20,000 nucleotides of DNA. It comes from an uncultured virus (IMG/VR IMGVR_UViG_3300014043_000231) (taxonomy: Duplodnaviria > Heunggongvirae > Uroviricota > Caudoviricetes). The DNA lies in the IMG/VR virus record IMGVR_UViG_3300014043_000231; one strand, 5' to 3'. The notes beneath the pieces are model-generated. The model had not been told where the DNA came from. It did no database searches and was given only the letters and a program-made list of their open reading frames with translations. This document shows positions 8,601-17,115 of the stretch, piece by piece. Made by a program: the position numbers and the translations under genes. The number at the start of each line of letters is the position of its first letter. The stretch's first letter is position 1.

Positions 8601-9874
8601 CTTAACATATCAGTGATTATCATAAGCATTGCTCATAACCGCTATAATATACTATATATTTTCAATTATCAAACTCTGGGATGAGTCTGTCCTCAATCCC
8701 GCGTGCCCTGATGTTCATCGCGCCAATCCTATCATCATTCGAACTGTAACCACAATGTGAGCACTTAAACAAGTGTAGCTTATGATTACGAGCGGATTTA
8801 TCACGATAACCACACGCTGGACACACCTGCGACGTGAATCGTGGATTAACAAGATACACGATAACGCCAGCGAGGCGAGCCTTATACAGTATCATATCGC
8901 GTAATTGCGCGTAAGCCCATGATACACGATAATACCTATCATTCTTACGTGATTTAACAAGAGTTGACTGAATCCCAATCAGGTTCTCCAGTATGATGCA
9001 CGCATTCTCTTGCTTAGCACGGTTAATGAGTGCCTTACTGATCTGATGATTAACATCAGTCATCCAACGGTTCTCTCTATCACCGAGCATTAGCAAGCGA
9101 TGACGCGCGGCCGATGTTCCCTTCGACTGTAATTCTGCTCGCTTCTCACTATACTGCCTGCGTTTATCCATCACCTCCCTTCCACTGATGAAATCAGTCC
9201 TGTAACCATCAAACGTGGTGATGATAAACCTGAGTCCAGCATCCACACCAATCACATTTGATGGCATGCCGCGAACATAAGGTTCATCAGTGAGTTTAAT
9301 AGTGATAATCAGGAACCACCCATTACGCTTATGTTGTAATTTCGCTCCACCAAACTTATAATCATACTCACGCAGGTAATTAGGCATGATGACATTATGC
9401 AGTATTACAGCGCCATTTGGTGTGCTTATTTTTGCATTTTGTGTGCGTGGATTATAATACCAATCACGATTATGAGTCAGTTCAATGGTTCTACTTGTGT
9501 AAACACTACGCTTATCATAATCATAATTCTTATTATTCGCTATGATTGTCTTATAATTACCACTAACTTGCCGGATTACACTACAAGCTAACTGACTCAT
9601 GAGGTTATACTTCACACGAATCACTGTATAAGTTAAGTCATGTAAATCACGATTATTAATCACTTGCTTACTGCACGCAACATCACTCACATGATTACAC
9701 GCACTAAGGTATGAGTCAATTAACTGGTTAAGCACGCGCTCATCCTGAGCGCCTGGTTTCACGCGCACTCTAATTGACAGCTCATTACTCATGCCATCAA
9801 TGATATCATATGCCAACTGGTTTGTCAACATTCCTCCTCATGCACAAGACATGAGGTCTCCATGATAAATAATG
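8465..9874 (-). mobile_element. IS200/IS605-family, IS1341-like tnpB-only insertion sequence
   Basis: Left hairpin CCTCATG-tcttgtg-CATGAGG-aggaatg preceded by TTTAT (candidate TAM). Right hairpin ACCATGAC-gcttgta-GTCATGGT-aattgat ends at about 8465. tnpB lies between them. No tnpA. Confidence 0.8.
8662..9792 (-). CDS. tnpB: RNA-guided endonuclease TnpB
   Basis: RuvC-I VIGVDAG, RuvC-II IILENL, Zn finger CPAC/CSHC, FTSQVC, and RuvC-III NDDRIGAMNI. Start at 9792 follows TTGACA (9828-9823), 17 bp, TATCAT (9805-9800), 7 bp (leaderless). Confidence 0.93.
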   Translation of the reverse strand: MSNELSIRVRVKPGAQDERVLNQLIDSYLSACNHVSDVACSKQVINNRDLHDLTYTVIRVKYNLMSQLACSVIRQVSGNYKTIIANNKNYDYDKRSVYTSRTIELTHNRDWYYNPRTQNAKISTPNGAVILHNVIMPNYLREYDYKFGGAKLQHKRNGWFLIITIKLTDEPYVRGMPSNVIGVDAGLRFIITTFDGYRTDFISGREVMDKRRQYSEKRAELQSKGTSAARHRLLMLGDRENRWMTDVNHQISKALINRAKQENACIILENLIGIQSTLVKSRKNDRYYRVSWAYAQLRDMILYKARLAGVIVYLVNPRFTSQVCPACGYRDKSARNHKLHLFKCSHCGYSSNDDRIGAMNIRARGIEDRLIPEFDN

Positions 9875-10109
9875 AATGATAGGTAAGAATGATGAGCGAA
9901 CATGAAATCACCGGAACAATAAACATCATACTATTGGATGCGTTCAATGCAATCAATGGTAATCATCAATCTGATAATAAAAGCATTAACCACATTAGCG
10001 GCATTCATAGTGCTGGCAATACGCGCCTATGGCGTCATGGCGGCGGATTAGATAGTTGATGCGATAACAATGGTGTTAATTCCTCGTTTGGAATACGGTT
10101 TGGCGGCAT

Positions 10110-10157
10110 GCCACGCCGAATTTGAAGTCATTATAATCATATGATATGATTAACATC
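10110..10157 (+). promoter_or_regulatory. Leaderless promoter with GCCACGCCG variant box
   Basis: GCCACGCCG (10110-10118), TTGAAG (10122-10127), 17 bp, TGa-TATGAT (10145-10150), 7 bp, ATG (10158). Confidence 0.7.
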
Positions 10158-11132
10158 ATGAGTACGGAAATCGGAAGATTACAATCATTCCTGAATGATG
10201 AATGGTATGATATTGACGCGAAAGCCCTGACAGGGAATGATGAGCGGAATGCCATTATTGTTCAGGATATGCTTAATGTGAAACAATACCGGAAAAAACC
10301 ATTCACTAACGTAAGTCCACGTGAGATTTCCGAAATATTGCGTTCATGCCCGGAACGGGATTATCCTGCGTTCATGCGAATGCTGTCATGGCTGCATGAT
10401 GGACATAGCAATATAGATTTACCATTGGGAATCATTTTTGATTTGTTCCGAATGAACACACCGGAAGCGGATGATGCAATCCGCATCATTGAAACCACGG
10501 GCAATGATGATTATTTCTGGTATTCATTGGATGCATTATATGATGGCGTTAATGGCTCATTCCCGCGTTCATATGATTACATTATGAATTTCATTATAAT
10601 TGCACAATCATTCCCGTCCAACATGATTGAATTCATGAAATCAGACAGGATTCTGAATGATTGTTATGATTCCCTTGTTAACATTGCAACCATTATTCAG
10701 GAAATGCAGGATGACGAATCATGGATGAACACGGACATGAGCGTTCTTGAAAATGCTATCCGTGAAATGATTGAACCTGCACGTCGCCTGATTAATGATT
10801 ATCATAATGATTATGGTTATGATAGCGGGTATGATTTACTTATTAAAAATTATTATAATGATTATGATTATGATAGCACGTATGATTTCCTTAACATTAT
10901 AGGAACCGCCATGCTGATTGACGCGAATGTGTGCGATGATGAAACATTCAGCGCTTTCATGATAATCCTGAAAAAATATTTTAATTGCATTAATAATGAT
11001 ATCGGCATGAGATATCATAAACTGTCCCGTAAAGATGAAATCAATGTATTCATCATGTTCATGAATAATGCACTTGATGGTTATCCTGACGAATTCGCAT
11101 GGGAATCAGCGAAAATCATTCTGCAATCATGA
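10158..11132 (+). CDS. Hypothetical alpha-helical acidic protein, about 324 aa
   Basis: Long ORF. C-terminal YPDEFAWESAKII resembles the C-terminus of 15277..16206. Confidence 0.82.
   Translation: MSTEIGRLQSFLNDEWYDIDAKALTGNDERNAIIVQDMLNVKQYRKKPFTNVSPREISEILRSCPERDYPAFMRMLSWLHDGHSNIDLPLGIIFDLFRMNTPEADDAIRIIETTGNDDYFWYSLDALYDGVNGSFPRSYDYIMNFIIIAQSFPSNMIEFMKSDRILNDCYDSLVNIATIIQEMQDDESWMNTDMSVLENAIREMIEPARRLINDYHNDYGYDSGYDLLIKNYYNDYDYDSTYDFLNIIGTAMLIDANVCDDETFSAFMIILKKYFNCINNDIGMRYHKLSRKDEINVFIMFMNNALDGYPDEFAWESAKIILQS
10791..10892 (+). repeat. Imperfect 51-bp in-frame tandem duplication
   Basis: 10791-10841 vs 10842-10892 are 44/51 identical by hand alignment (INDYHNDYGYDSGYDLL / IKNYYNDYDYDSTYDFL). 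Confidence 0.85.
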
Positions 11133-11212
11133 AATCAATTCTGACGGCGATTTTCATCGTTTCATGAGCGACAATATCGAAAAACGGATTTTCATCATTT
11201 ACGATTAAAACA

Positions 11213-11252
11213 GCCGTCCACAGAGCGCGTAATATTGCGCTCTGTGGACGGC
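11213..11252. terminator. GC-rich hairpin between convergent genes
   Basis: Perfect 16-bp arms GCCGTCCACAGAGCGC and GCGCTCTGTGGACGGC with an 8-nt loop; TGTTTT follows on the minus strand. Confidence 0.75.
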
Positions 11253-11351
11253 ATCGATTTTCACGGATTTTCAGTATGAGGAAATTTCCCGCTTTTTCAC
11301 ATTTGAATCACTTAATAACATCATGCTGGCAAATACATGCAATAATCGTGA

Positions 11352-11600
11352 TTATAACATGCTGTCAATAACATTCCATTTATCATATTCAAAACCAATC
11401 ATCCTGCTTTTCAAACTGATTCCAATACTATCTGCTTGCATTGTATCCAATGCGGATTGCGCGAAAACCTCACGGATAATAGTGTTCATGTTCCTGCTTT
11501 CAAATGATTCCACTGATATCAAATCATACACATCATAATGATAAACCGTGGGCACTGAACCGTCATCATAATCATCCGGGTTCTCATCCGCGCTATCCAA
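11352..11600 (-). pseudogene. 3' fragment of a hypothetical gene
   Basis: Protein-like 82-aa ORF starting at TTG with no RBS. Upstream frames are interrupted by stops. Confidence 0.4.
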
Positions 11601-11740
11601 TGTGATTTAACGCATATTATTCCCGTTATATCGTGAATAATGAACGCATTTTCAACATGTTTTCATGTCTGCGCGGATCATCATCGTGTCGGAATACAGC
11701 GAGCAACAGGCACGACTCATGAACATGGTGAAACGCGATT

Positions 11741-11783
11741 CGGCGTGTCGCGATTTGCGCTGGTTATAAAATCATGCTATTAT
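11741..11783 (+). promoter_or_regulatory. Promoter with inverted box (CGGCGTGTCG)
   Basis: CGGCGTGTCG (11741-11750), TTGCGC (11755-11760), 17 bp, TGc-TATTAT (11778-11783). Confidence 0.65.
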
Positions 11784-11940
11784 GTAATCATGATAACGAA
11801 ATAGTTTCATGATGAACCTTCGGCGGCAATGACAAAGACTCAAAACCGAACGCAGTGAGAAATGAACAAGAAATGTTATCAACTGGATACATTAATCAGA
11901 AAGGAATGAATATTGTATATCAGCATATTGTATCCAATAC

Positions 11941-11987
11941 ATGAACCCGGATGAGAAATCAATCATCCGGGTTCATTGTTTTCATTT
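11941..11987 (+). terminator. Intrinsic terminator
   Basis: Perfect 14-bp arms ATGAACCCGGATGA and TCATCCGGGTTCAT followed by TGTTTTCATTT. Confidence 0.75.
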
Positions 11988-12123
11988 GTATCCATGCAAT
12001 ACGCCTTTCACTGTCATGGTTTTCAGCACGTTATCCATGTCTTCTCAGCATCGCGATGCCGGACCCCATGCGCGAGCATCCGACGGGTTCATCAATCATG
12101 CAAGCATGCGTACAATGAATCTA

Positions 12124-12408
12124 TCACATATGCCGCCATGATAATGAATCCGTTAACGCATTATATTTAATGTCAATGGTTTCATCAGTATCCAATGCAT
12201 ACAGTATATCATTACATGCTTTTTTCGATTGTCCAATACTCAATAAATCATAAATACCGTATTCACTGCCATCATTGAAATCATACATGACATTGACATC
12301 ACCATCCTTTCCGGCATAAATATGTATGATTGATAAATCATTCCTTCCATCCACTGCCTGCAAAGCGACGGAAACCGCGCTCCTTATAATATTCTCATTC
12401 AATCCCAT
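12124..12408 (-). CDS. Hypothetical protein, 94 aa (MGLNENIIRSAV...)
   Basis: GAAGGGAG RBS 7 nt before ATG 12408. The upstream part of the track ORF looks non-coding. Confidence 0.65.
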   Translation of the reverse strand: MGLNENIIRSAVSVALQAVDGRNDLSIIHIYAGKDGDVNVMYDFNDGSEYGIYDLLSIGQSKKACNDILYALDTDETIDIKYNALTDSLSWRHM

Positions 12409-12680
12409 AATTAGGCTCCCTTCTTCCCATTGAACAACATCATAATACCATACAAATATCAACATGAACTCATATGCTATCATGAAAATAATAAACACAC
12501 TAATGGACCGGTATACATGCATGAGAACATTGAAAGTATTTCCATGTGAAATCGCTGATGACATTAACATGAACATGCTCACCATACTGTTGCCAGCAAA
12601 AAATACTTGATTTCAAATGACATCATGTGATCAAATGCCATTATGAAACCAGGAACGTATGTCAACATGATGATAATTAA

Positions 12681-13028
12681 TCATAATGTTGTTATATGAA
12701 TGTTGGATGGTATTGGTTCGCCGGATGGTGTCCAACGTGAGAGCAGGATATGATCCGCGATTTTCCGACAATAGTCAGTTGAATCATCATAATTCATAAG
12801 AATCAACATGGCATCATTGGTTTCATTGAGCACATCATTCATCCATTCAGGCGCAGGATAATCATCATTCATACCGGTGCCATTCACATGCATGAGATAA
12901 TCATTTTCAGTTAAACCAGTCAAATCATGGAAACTGCTTGCATTCACCGTGATAACATGCATTAGCGGCATGTGTACACTATGTTCAGTGTTTTTCTTAT
13001 TCTTCTTACGAGTTCCGCGTCTTGTCAT
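12681..13028 (-). CDS. Hypothetical protein, 115 aa, basic N-terminus
   Basis: ORF with TGa-TATAAT 9 nt upstream of the ATG. Confidence 0.65.
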   Translation of the reverse strand: MTRRGTRKKNKKNTEHSVHMPLMHVITVNASSFHDLTGLTENDYLMHVNGTGMNDDYPAPEWMNDVLNETNDAMLILMNYDDSTDYCRKIADHILLSRWTPSGEPIPSNIHITTL

Positions 13029-13144
13029 AATGCTATCATTATATCATTTGAATTAAAATCCGGACACCATTGTCCGGTATTCAATCAAAAGTCAGCATCA
13101 TTGCATATGCGTTTCAATGAATTCATTTATGAACGCAATTGCGT

Positions 13145-13270
13145 TCATTTACGAATATCATCATTCATCAGATCAGTCATGATTTCAGCAGCGATACGCG
13201 GATTTGACTGCGCAAGCTTATCCACGGAATTCATTGCGAGACCACACATCAGATTATCCTTGAAACCCAC
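13145..13270 (-). CDS. Small protein, 41 aa (MGFKDNLMCGLAMNSVDKLAQSNPRIAAEIMTDLMNDDIRK)
   Basis: Hand-translated. Perfect AAGGAGG RBS 8 nt before GTG 13270; the stop overlaps palindrome ATGAACGCAATTGCGTTCAT (13129-13148). Confidence 0.65.
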   Translation of the reverse strand: MGFKDNLMCGLAMNSVDKLAQSNPRIAAEIMTDLMNDDIRK

Positions 13271-13372
13271 TATAATCGCCTCCTTCCATTAAATCCATTG
13301 TCAACATGTTCACATATGCTATTATCATATGCATTGACATATCTATCAAATCACATGTTAAATGATATCACA

Positions 13373-13390
13373 GGCGTGGGAGGAAGTCAA
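13373..13390 (+). mobile_element. Isolated IS200/IS605 right-end tip
   Basis: GGCGTGGGAGGAAGTCAA is identical to 6896-6913, and the match extends 2 more nt (AT). Confidence 0.6.
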
Positions 13391-13436
13391 ATCATATGAT
13401 GATTATCACAATATGATTGCAATTCACTATCATGTT

Positions 13437-13982
13437 TCATTTAGCCACAAGAACATGACGCATGTTCGCAATGGTTTCATATTTCAGCACGCGAATGCCA
13501 TAATCCGGTTTAGTGGAACTAATGAGAATCTGACGTGGATACGCATTATTGAAATCATCGATTTTACCGCCGAAACCATCATCAACAATGCCATATTCTA
13601 TTGTCTGCCAGCGTCCATCAGCAAGTTCATGGACACCAACGGCATGATAAATCGACGGATCGGATGTCCGCATGATTTTCAATGCCTGATATACGACAAC
13701 TCCATCCTGTCCGAAACCATTCACTATCGCCATGTAAGCAGTGCGCGCATCCGATGGTTCCTCAGTATTCCCATCCGTATCATAAGCAATATACAAACCA
13801 GGTTTATCAGCTGGTCTGATACCGCCGAGCTGCTGCGTCAGAATCGGCAAACCAGTTGAACCAGCAGCATAAAGTTCACCTGTCCCATCACCGTTGCTCA
13901 CGAACACTATCCTGTTCTCATCTGAATGCGCTGAATCCATGCAAACATAAGGTTCGTGAACATCATAACCATAATCAGGCAT
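13437..13982 (-). CDS. Hypothetical protein, 181 aa
   Basis: Globular-looking ORF with a GAAAGGA RBS upstream. Confidence 0.8.
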   Translation of the reverse strand: MPDYGYDVHEPYVCMDSAHSDENRIVFVSNGDGTGELYAAGSTGLPILTQQLGGIRPADKPGLYIAYDTDGNTEEPSDARTAYMAIVNGFGQDGVVVYQALKIMRTSDPSIYHAVGVHELADGRWQTIEYGIVDDGFGGKIDDFNNAYPRQILISSTKPDYGIRVLKYETIANMRHVLVAK

Positions 13983-14140
13983 AATAATATAAGTTTCCTT
14001 TCATGTTAGAATGATTCAATATCATCATGACATCCGCCGGAATATCCCTGCACATTCCATTGTTTCAACGGTGATTAAACAATCATAACCAGTTCCTTTT
14101 CTTGATAACATGATGAGTTCAATGTTATCAATGGAAACAA

Positions 14141-14720
14141 TTATCGGATTTCAATGATTCGTTTGACATGCGTTTCAGGAACATGAATCATTTCATTATC
14201 AGTTGTAATCATGTATTCATTGTTCACATGTTCTGGCATGTTATTCGTTATGTATTGCGCACCATCATCAATGAGAACAATGAACACATTATCATCATTA
14301 TGAGTCATGCCATGTGAATTTGTTTCAAACCAGTTCTCAGTGAAACCATTCACGCGCGTATCCTGCATGGAAATATTAGCATCTGTTTTCAATGATTTCA
14401 TGATAAGCATGGCATCATCAACATCAATGTTCTCATCATCCGCATCCGGTATCCATGTCCATTCATTATTATCCTTGTTCAATGCATACAATGGATACAT
14501 GATAATGGAATCATTCACTGTTCGTTCCATGAGAAGAACAAATCATATCATGCCGGACAAGCGAATTATATGAATGAGAATAATTCATTGTAGTTATCAT
14601 GCCGTAAGCATTGCGTTCGATTATGATTGGTTCCATGTCATCAGGAATGTCAACATGGAACCGCATTCGCGCAAGCATGTTCCTGCCATACCATTCCTGC
14701 AATAATGATTCCGGTGTCAT
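14141..14720 (-). pseudogene. Hypothetical gene probably split by a 1-nt frameshift, or two overlapping genes
   Basis: AAAGGA RBS precedes ATG 14720. Removing one base of AAA at 14540-14542 fuses 14511..14720 with 14141..14530 into about 192 aa. The downstream ORF has no RBS of its own. Confidence 0.5.
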
Positions 14721-14746
14721 TTTATTCGTTCCTTTCATTGCGTTCA

Positions 14747-15148
14747 TCATGTGTTCAATTTGTTCTCATTCGGACGCAGTTTACCAGCGAGTAGCCATTT
14801 GTTCCTTGCCGCATTCCGGGCATCATAAGCGTCATCATCATCCCAGATGAGCACACGGCTCCAAATGAGTTCGTCATCATCCGGAAATGACAGGAATTGT
14901 TCAGGTACAATGAGTTCAGGATCAATTTTGAAATCAGTTGCGTTCAGTTCATTCTTACGCATGTTGAACCATGAAATGTCATTGAAATCCTGTTCTTCGT
15001 TCAGCACGAAAAACATGTCATCAGGATCGAAATGATCCGCCGCATCCAATGCCTTCCGTTTCTCCTCCAAGTTCATATCCGCAGTGAGAACATTGAAATC
15101 ACGCATGAGAAACACTGTATTGTAAGTGAGAATCTTGTCAGTCATCAT
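14747..15148 (-). CDS. Hypothetical acidic protein, about 133 aa
   Basis: AAGGAAGGA RBS before ATG 15148/15145. Confidence 0.75.
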   Translation of the reverse strand: MMTDKILTYNTVFLMRDFNVLTADMNLEEKRKALDAADHFDPDDMFFVLNEEQDFNDISWFNMRKNELNATDFKIDPELIVPEQFLSFPDDDELIWSRVLIWDDDDAYDARNAARNKWLLAGKLRPNENKLNT

Positions 15149-15276
15149 ATTTCCTTCCTTTATATGTTCATATGACAGCATTTGTTTTCAATGATTTGCA
15201 CAACTATTCGGCGCGCCGCAAAAATGGAAATGAACACAGACACGAAATGAACATGGTGAATCATTGGCATGGCATA

Positions 15277-16206
15277 TTATTCTTGTTTCTTGCTATCCAC
15301 GATGATTTTCACTGTTTCCTGCATGAATTCGCTTGAAAACTGTGCATTCGCCATAATTTCCGCAATATCATCAGGTGTGATGTTATTATTACGCAATTTG
15401 TCTGGCGTACATGACACGATTTCCCGCAATTGATAAGTATTACGGCCATTATGCCATTGCTTATTATCCCTGCCTTTAATGGTTTCAATTGCACGCATTG
15501 CAGACAAGCATGCGTAACCATAATCATACTGACCGGAAGCTATTGCCGCGATGAATTGTTTGCTGAATGGAGCATTCAGATAATATGCCAGTTTCGCATT
15601 CGCTGCAATCCTGTCATCATCGCCATCATATGTTTCCGGAATGGAATCAATGTCATCAGCCGCTATTCTAATGGAATCAGGTAGAATACCAACGCCATGC
15701 TCATCAATATATGCGATGATTTCATTGAAAATCGACGCGCAGCCATATTCCTGTTGCCATGAATCCGATGTTCTGATGTTTTCATCCGCTATGCGTCCGA
15801 GTTTGATTGCATTCTCATATTTAATGCCGGACAGTATCATTTGCGCGATGCGATTCCTGATACTATTATTCAAACCAGTGAGTTTGATTTTCGGGATGCC
15901 CACAGTGTCATCAGTGATTGCGAGCGATGCATACAGGGAATCATGAATATCCTGTATTTTACGCGCAATATAATCGCTTTTATGATAGCTGCCTATTTTG
16001 TTCAACATTGCCGTGATGTTCTTACGAAGGAAACGATTCTGTTCACAAATGTCATCAATACGTTCAAGAGACTTATGCGCTTTCCGTTTGGAATCAGGTT
16101 TTGTAATATATGAGTGTACTTCTATTTTACCACACCGTAACTTGATCGTGTCATTGAAAAAATAATCATATTCATCAATCAGTTTATGATAATCAGGCAT
16201 TGTCAT
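15277..16206 (-). CDS. Hypothetical alpha-helical protein, 309 aa
   Basis: Long ORF with AAGGAG RBS overlapping the upstream stop; C-terminal FSSEFMQETVKII. Confidence 0.82.
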   Translation of the reverse strand: MTMPDYHKLIDEYDYFFNDTIKLRCGKIEVHSYITKPDSKRKAHKSLERIDDICEQNRFLRKNITAMLNKIGSYHKSDYIARKIQDIHDSLYASLAITDDTVGIPKIKLTGLNNSIRNRIAQMILSGIKYENAIKLGRIADENIRTSDSWQQEYGCASIFNEIIAYIDEHGVGILPDSIRIAADDIDSIPETYDGDDDRIAANAKLAYYLNAPFSKQFIAAIASGQYDYGYACLSAMRAIETIKGRDNKQWHNGRNTYQLREIVSCTPDKLRNNNITPDDIAEIMANAQFSSEFMQETVKIIVDSKKQE

Positions 16207-16211
16207 TCTCC

Positions 16212-16529
16212 TTATTTCTCAGCAATATCATTCCTGTTTTTGGATAGGAATGATGACATGGTTTCATTGATTTCACCTGCATCCGCTGCTTCTTCCCCGG
16301 AAATCAAACAAGTGCGAGTGAGAACAGTGAAATCATAATCGTTTTCAAAAGTCTCGCCATTCGATGTCATCCAAACAACATGCAACCATTCGCTATCATC
16401 AACAGGTTTTCTGAAATCAACAATCCTGTCAAAATCCGGGTTATCAGTGCGAATCAGATTACTGATGTAATCAATGAGGGCATTATATGCTCTCATTCGC
16501 AGTTTTTCGTTCATGACATACGTTTTCAT
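16212..16529 (-). CDS. Hypothetical protein, 105 aa, leaderless
   Basis: Minus strand: TTGACG (16565-16560), 17 bp, TGc-TATTAT, 7 bp, ATG 16529. Confidence 0.75.
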   Translation of the reverse strand: MKTYVMNEKLRMRAYNALIDYISNLIRTDNPDFDRIVDFRKPVDDSEWLHVVWMTSNGETFENDYDFTVLTRTCLISGEEAADAGEINETMSSFLSKNRNDIAEK

Positions 16530-16567
16530 ACATTCAATAATAGCATGAGAACACATGACCGTCAAAC

Positions 16568-16615
16568 ATTAACATTGAACTCATCGCGTTTATTAACATT
16601 GAACTCATCGCGTTT
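16568..16615 (+). repeat. Perfect 24-bp tandem duplication
   Basis: ATTAACATTGAACTCATCGCGTTT at 16568-16591 and 16592-16615. Confidence 0.95.
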
Positions 16616-16953
16616 GCCCTCATCAAGAAATGCATCCACCATTTTCTCGGCTTCAAACCAATCATGCGGTGTGATGGCACTTGCCATCACACCGGTCGCG
16701 GCCATCGCCCTCATGCTTGCAGGGCATGGTTCGATCGCGGTTTCCATCATCCCGATCATCGTGATTACGCTGGGAACCGCGATGCATCTCATCATATGCA
16801 TCGTCTTTTCGAGCCTTCCCGACGGGCGTCGGTAAACAACCTTGCCTTCCGTTTTTTTGGCCTTCATCATCGCGCCGCTGTTGTCTCGGCATGGTTTCAT
16901 CTCCGACATGATTGCGGAGACCCCAGCAGACCAATATATTCGGATAATCACGC

Positions 16954-17017
16954 GACACGCCCGAAAAACATGATTCGGAGCCTTCGATTTGCAATCAATG
17001 CTGTCATGTGCTAACAT
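16954..17017 (+). promoter_or_regulatory. Promoter of the secreted protein gene
   Basis: GACACGCC (16954-16961), TTGCAA (16989-16994), 17 bp, TGc-TAACAT (17012-17017). GAAAGGA RBS at about 17099-17105. Confidence 0.65.
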
Positions 17018-17115
17018 GGATTCACGGATTGTGGAAATCCCACGCGGAACAAATATTCATTTCGTCGTGAACGCGGACAGAATGCGTTCATGCCGACAGA
17101 AAGGAAACAGCATAT

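Noticed and set aside
11790..11858. TAG read-through or alternative genetic code
   Set aside because: Reading through TAG gives only 22 codons, long genes are intact in the standard code, and 18456..18638 ends normally at TAG.
14112..14127. 16-nt reverse-complement match to the 24-bp tandem repeat at 16568
   Set aside because: Built from the words this sequence over-uses, so chance is plausible, and no element structure lies between the two sites.
14129..14142. Possible in-window target of the 8.5-kb TnpB guide (9-nt match GTTTCCATT on the minus strand)
   Set aside because: The match is short and preceded by TAATT, not the predicted TTTAT TAM.
16562..17017. Overlapping ORFs 16562..17017, 16662..16994 and 16664..17014
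   Set aside because: GC-rich sequence gives long open frames by chance. None has a convincing RBS and they overlap the promoter of 17116. At most a decayed gene.
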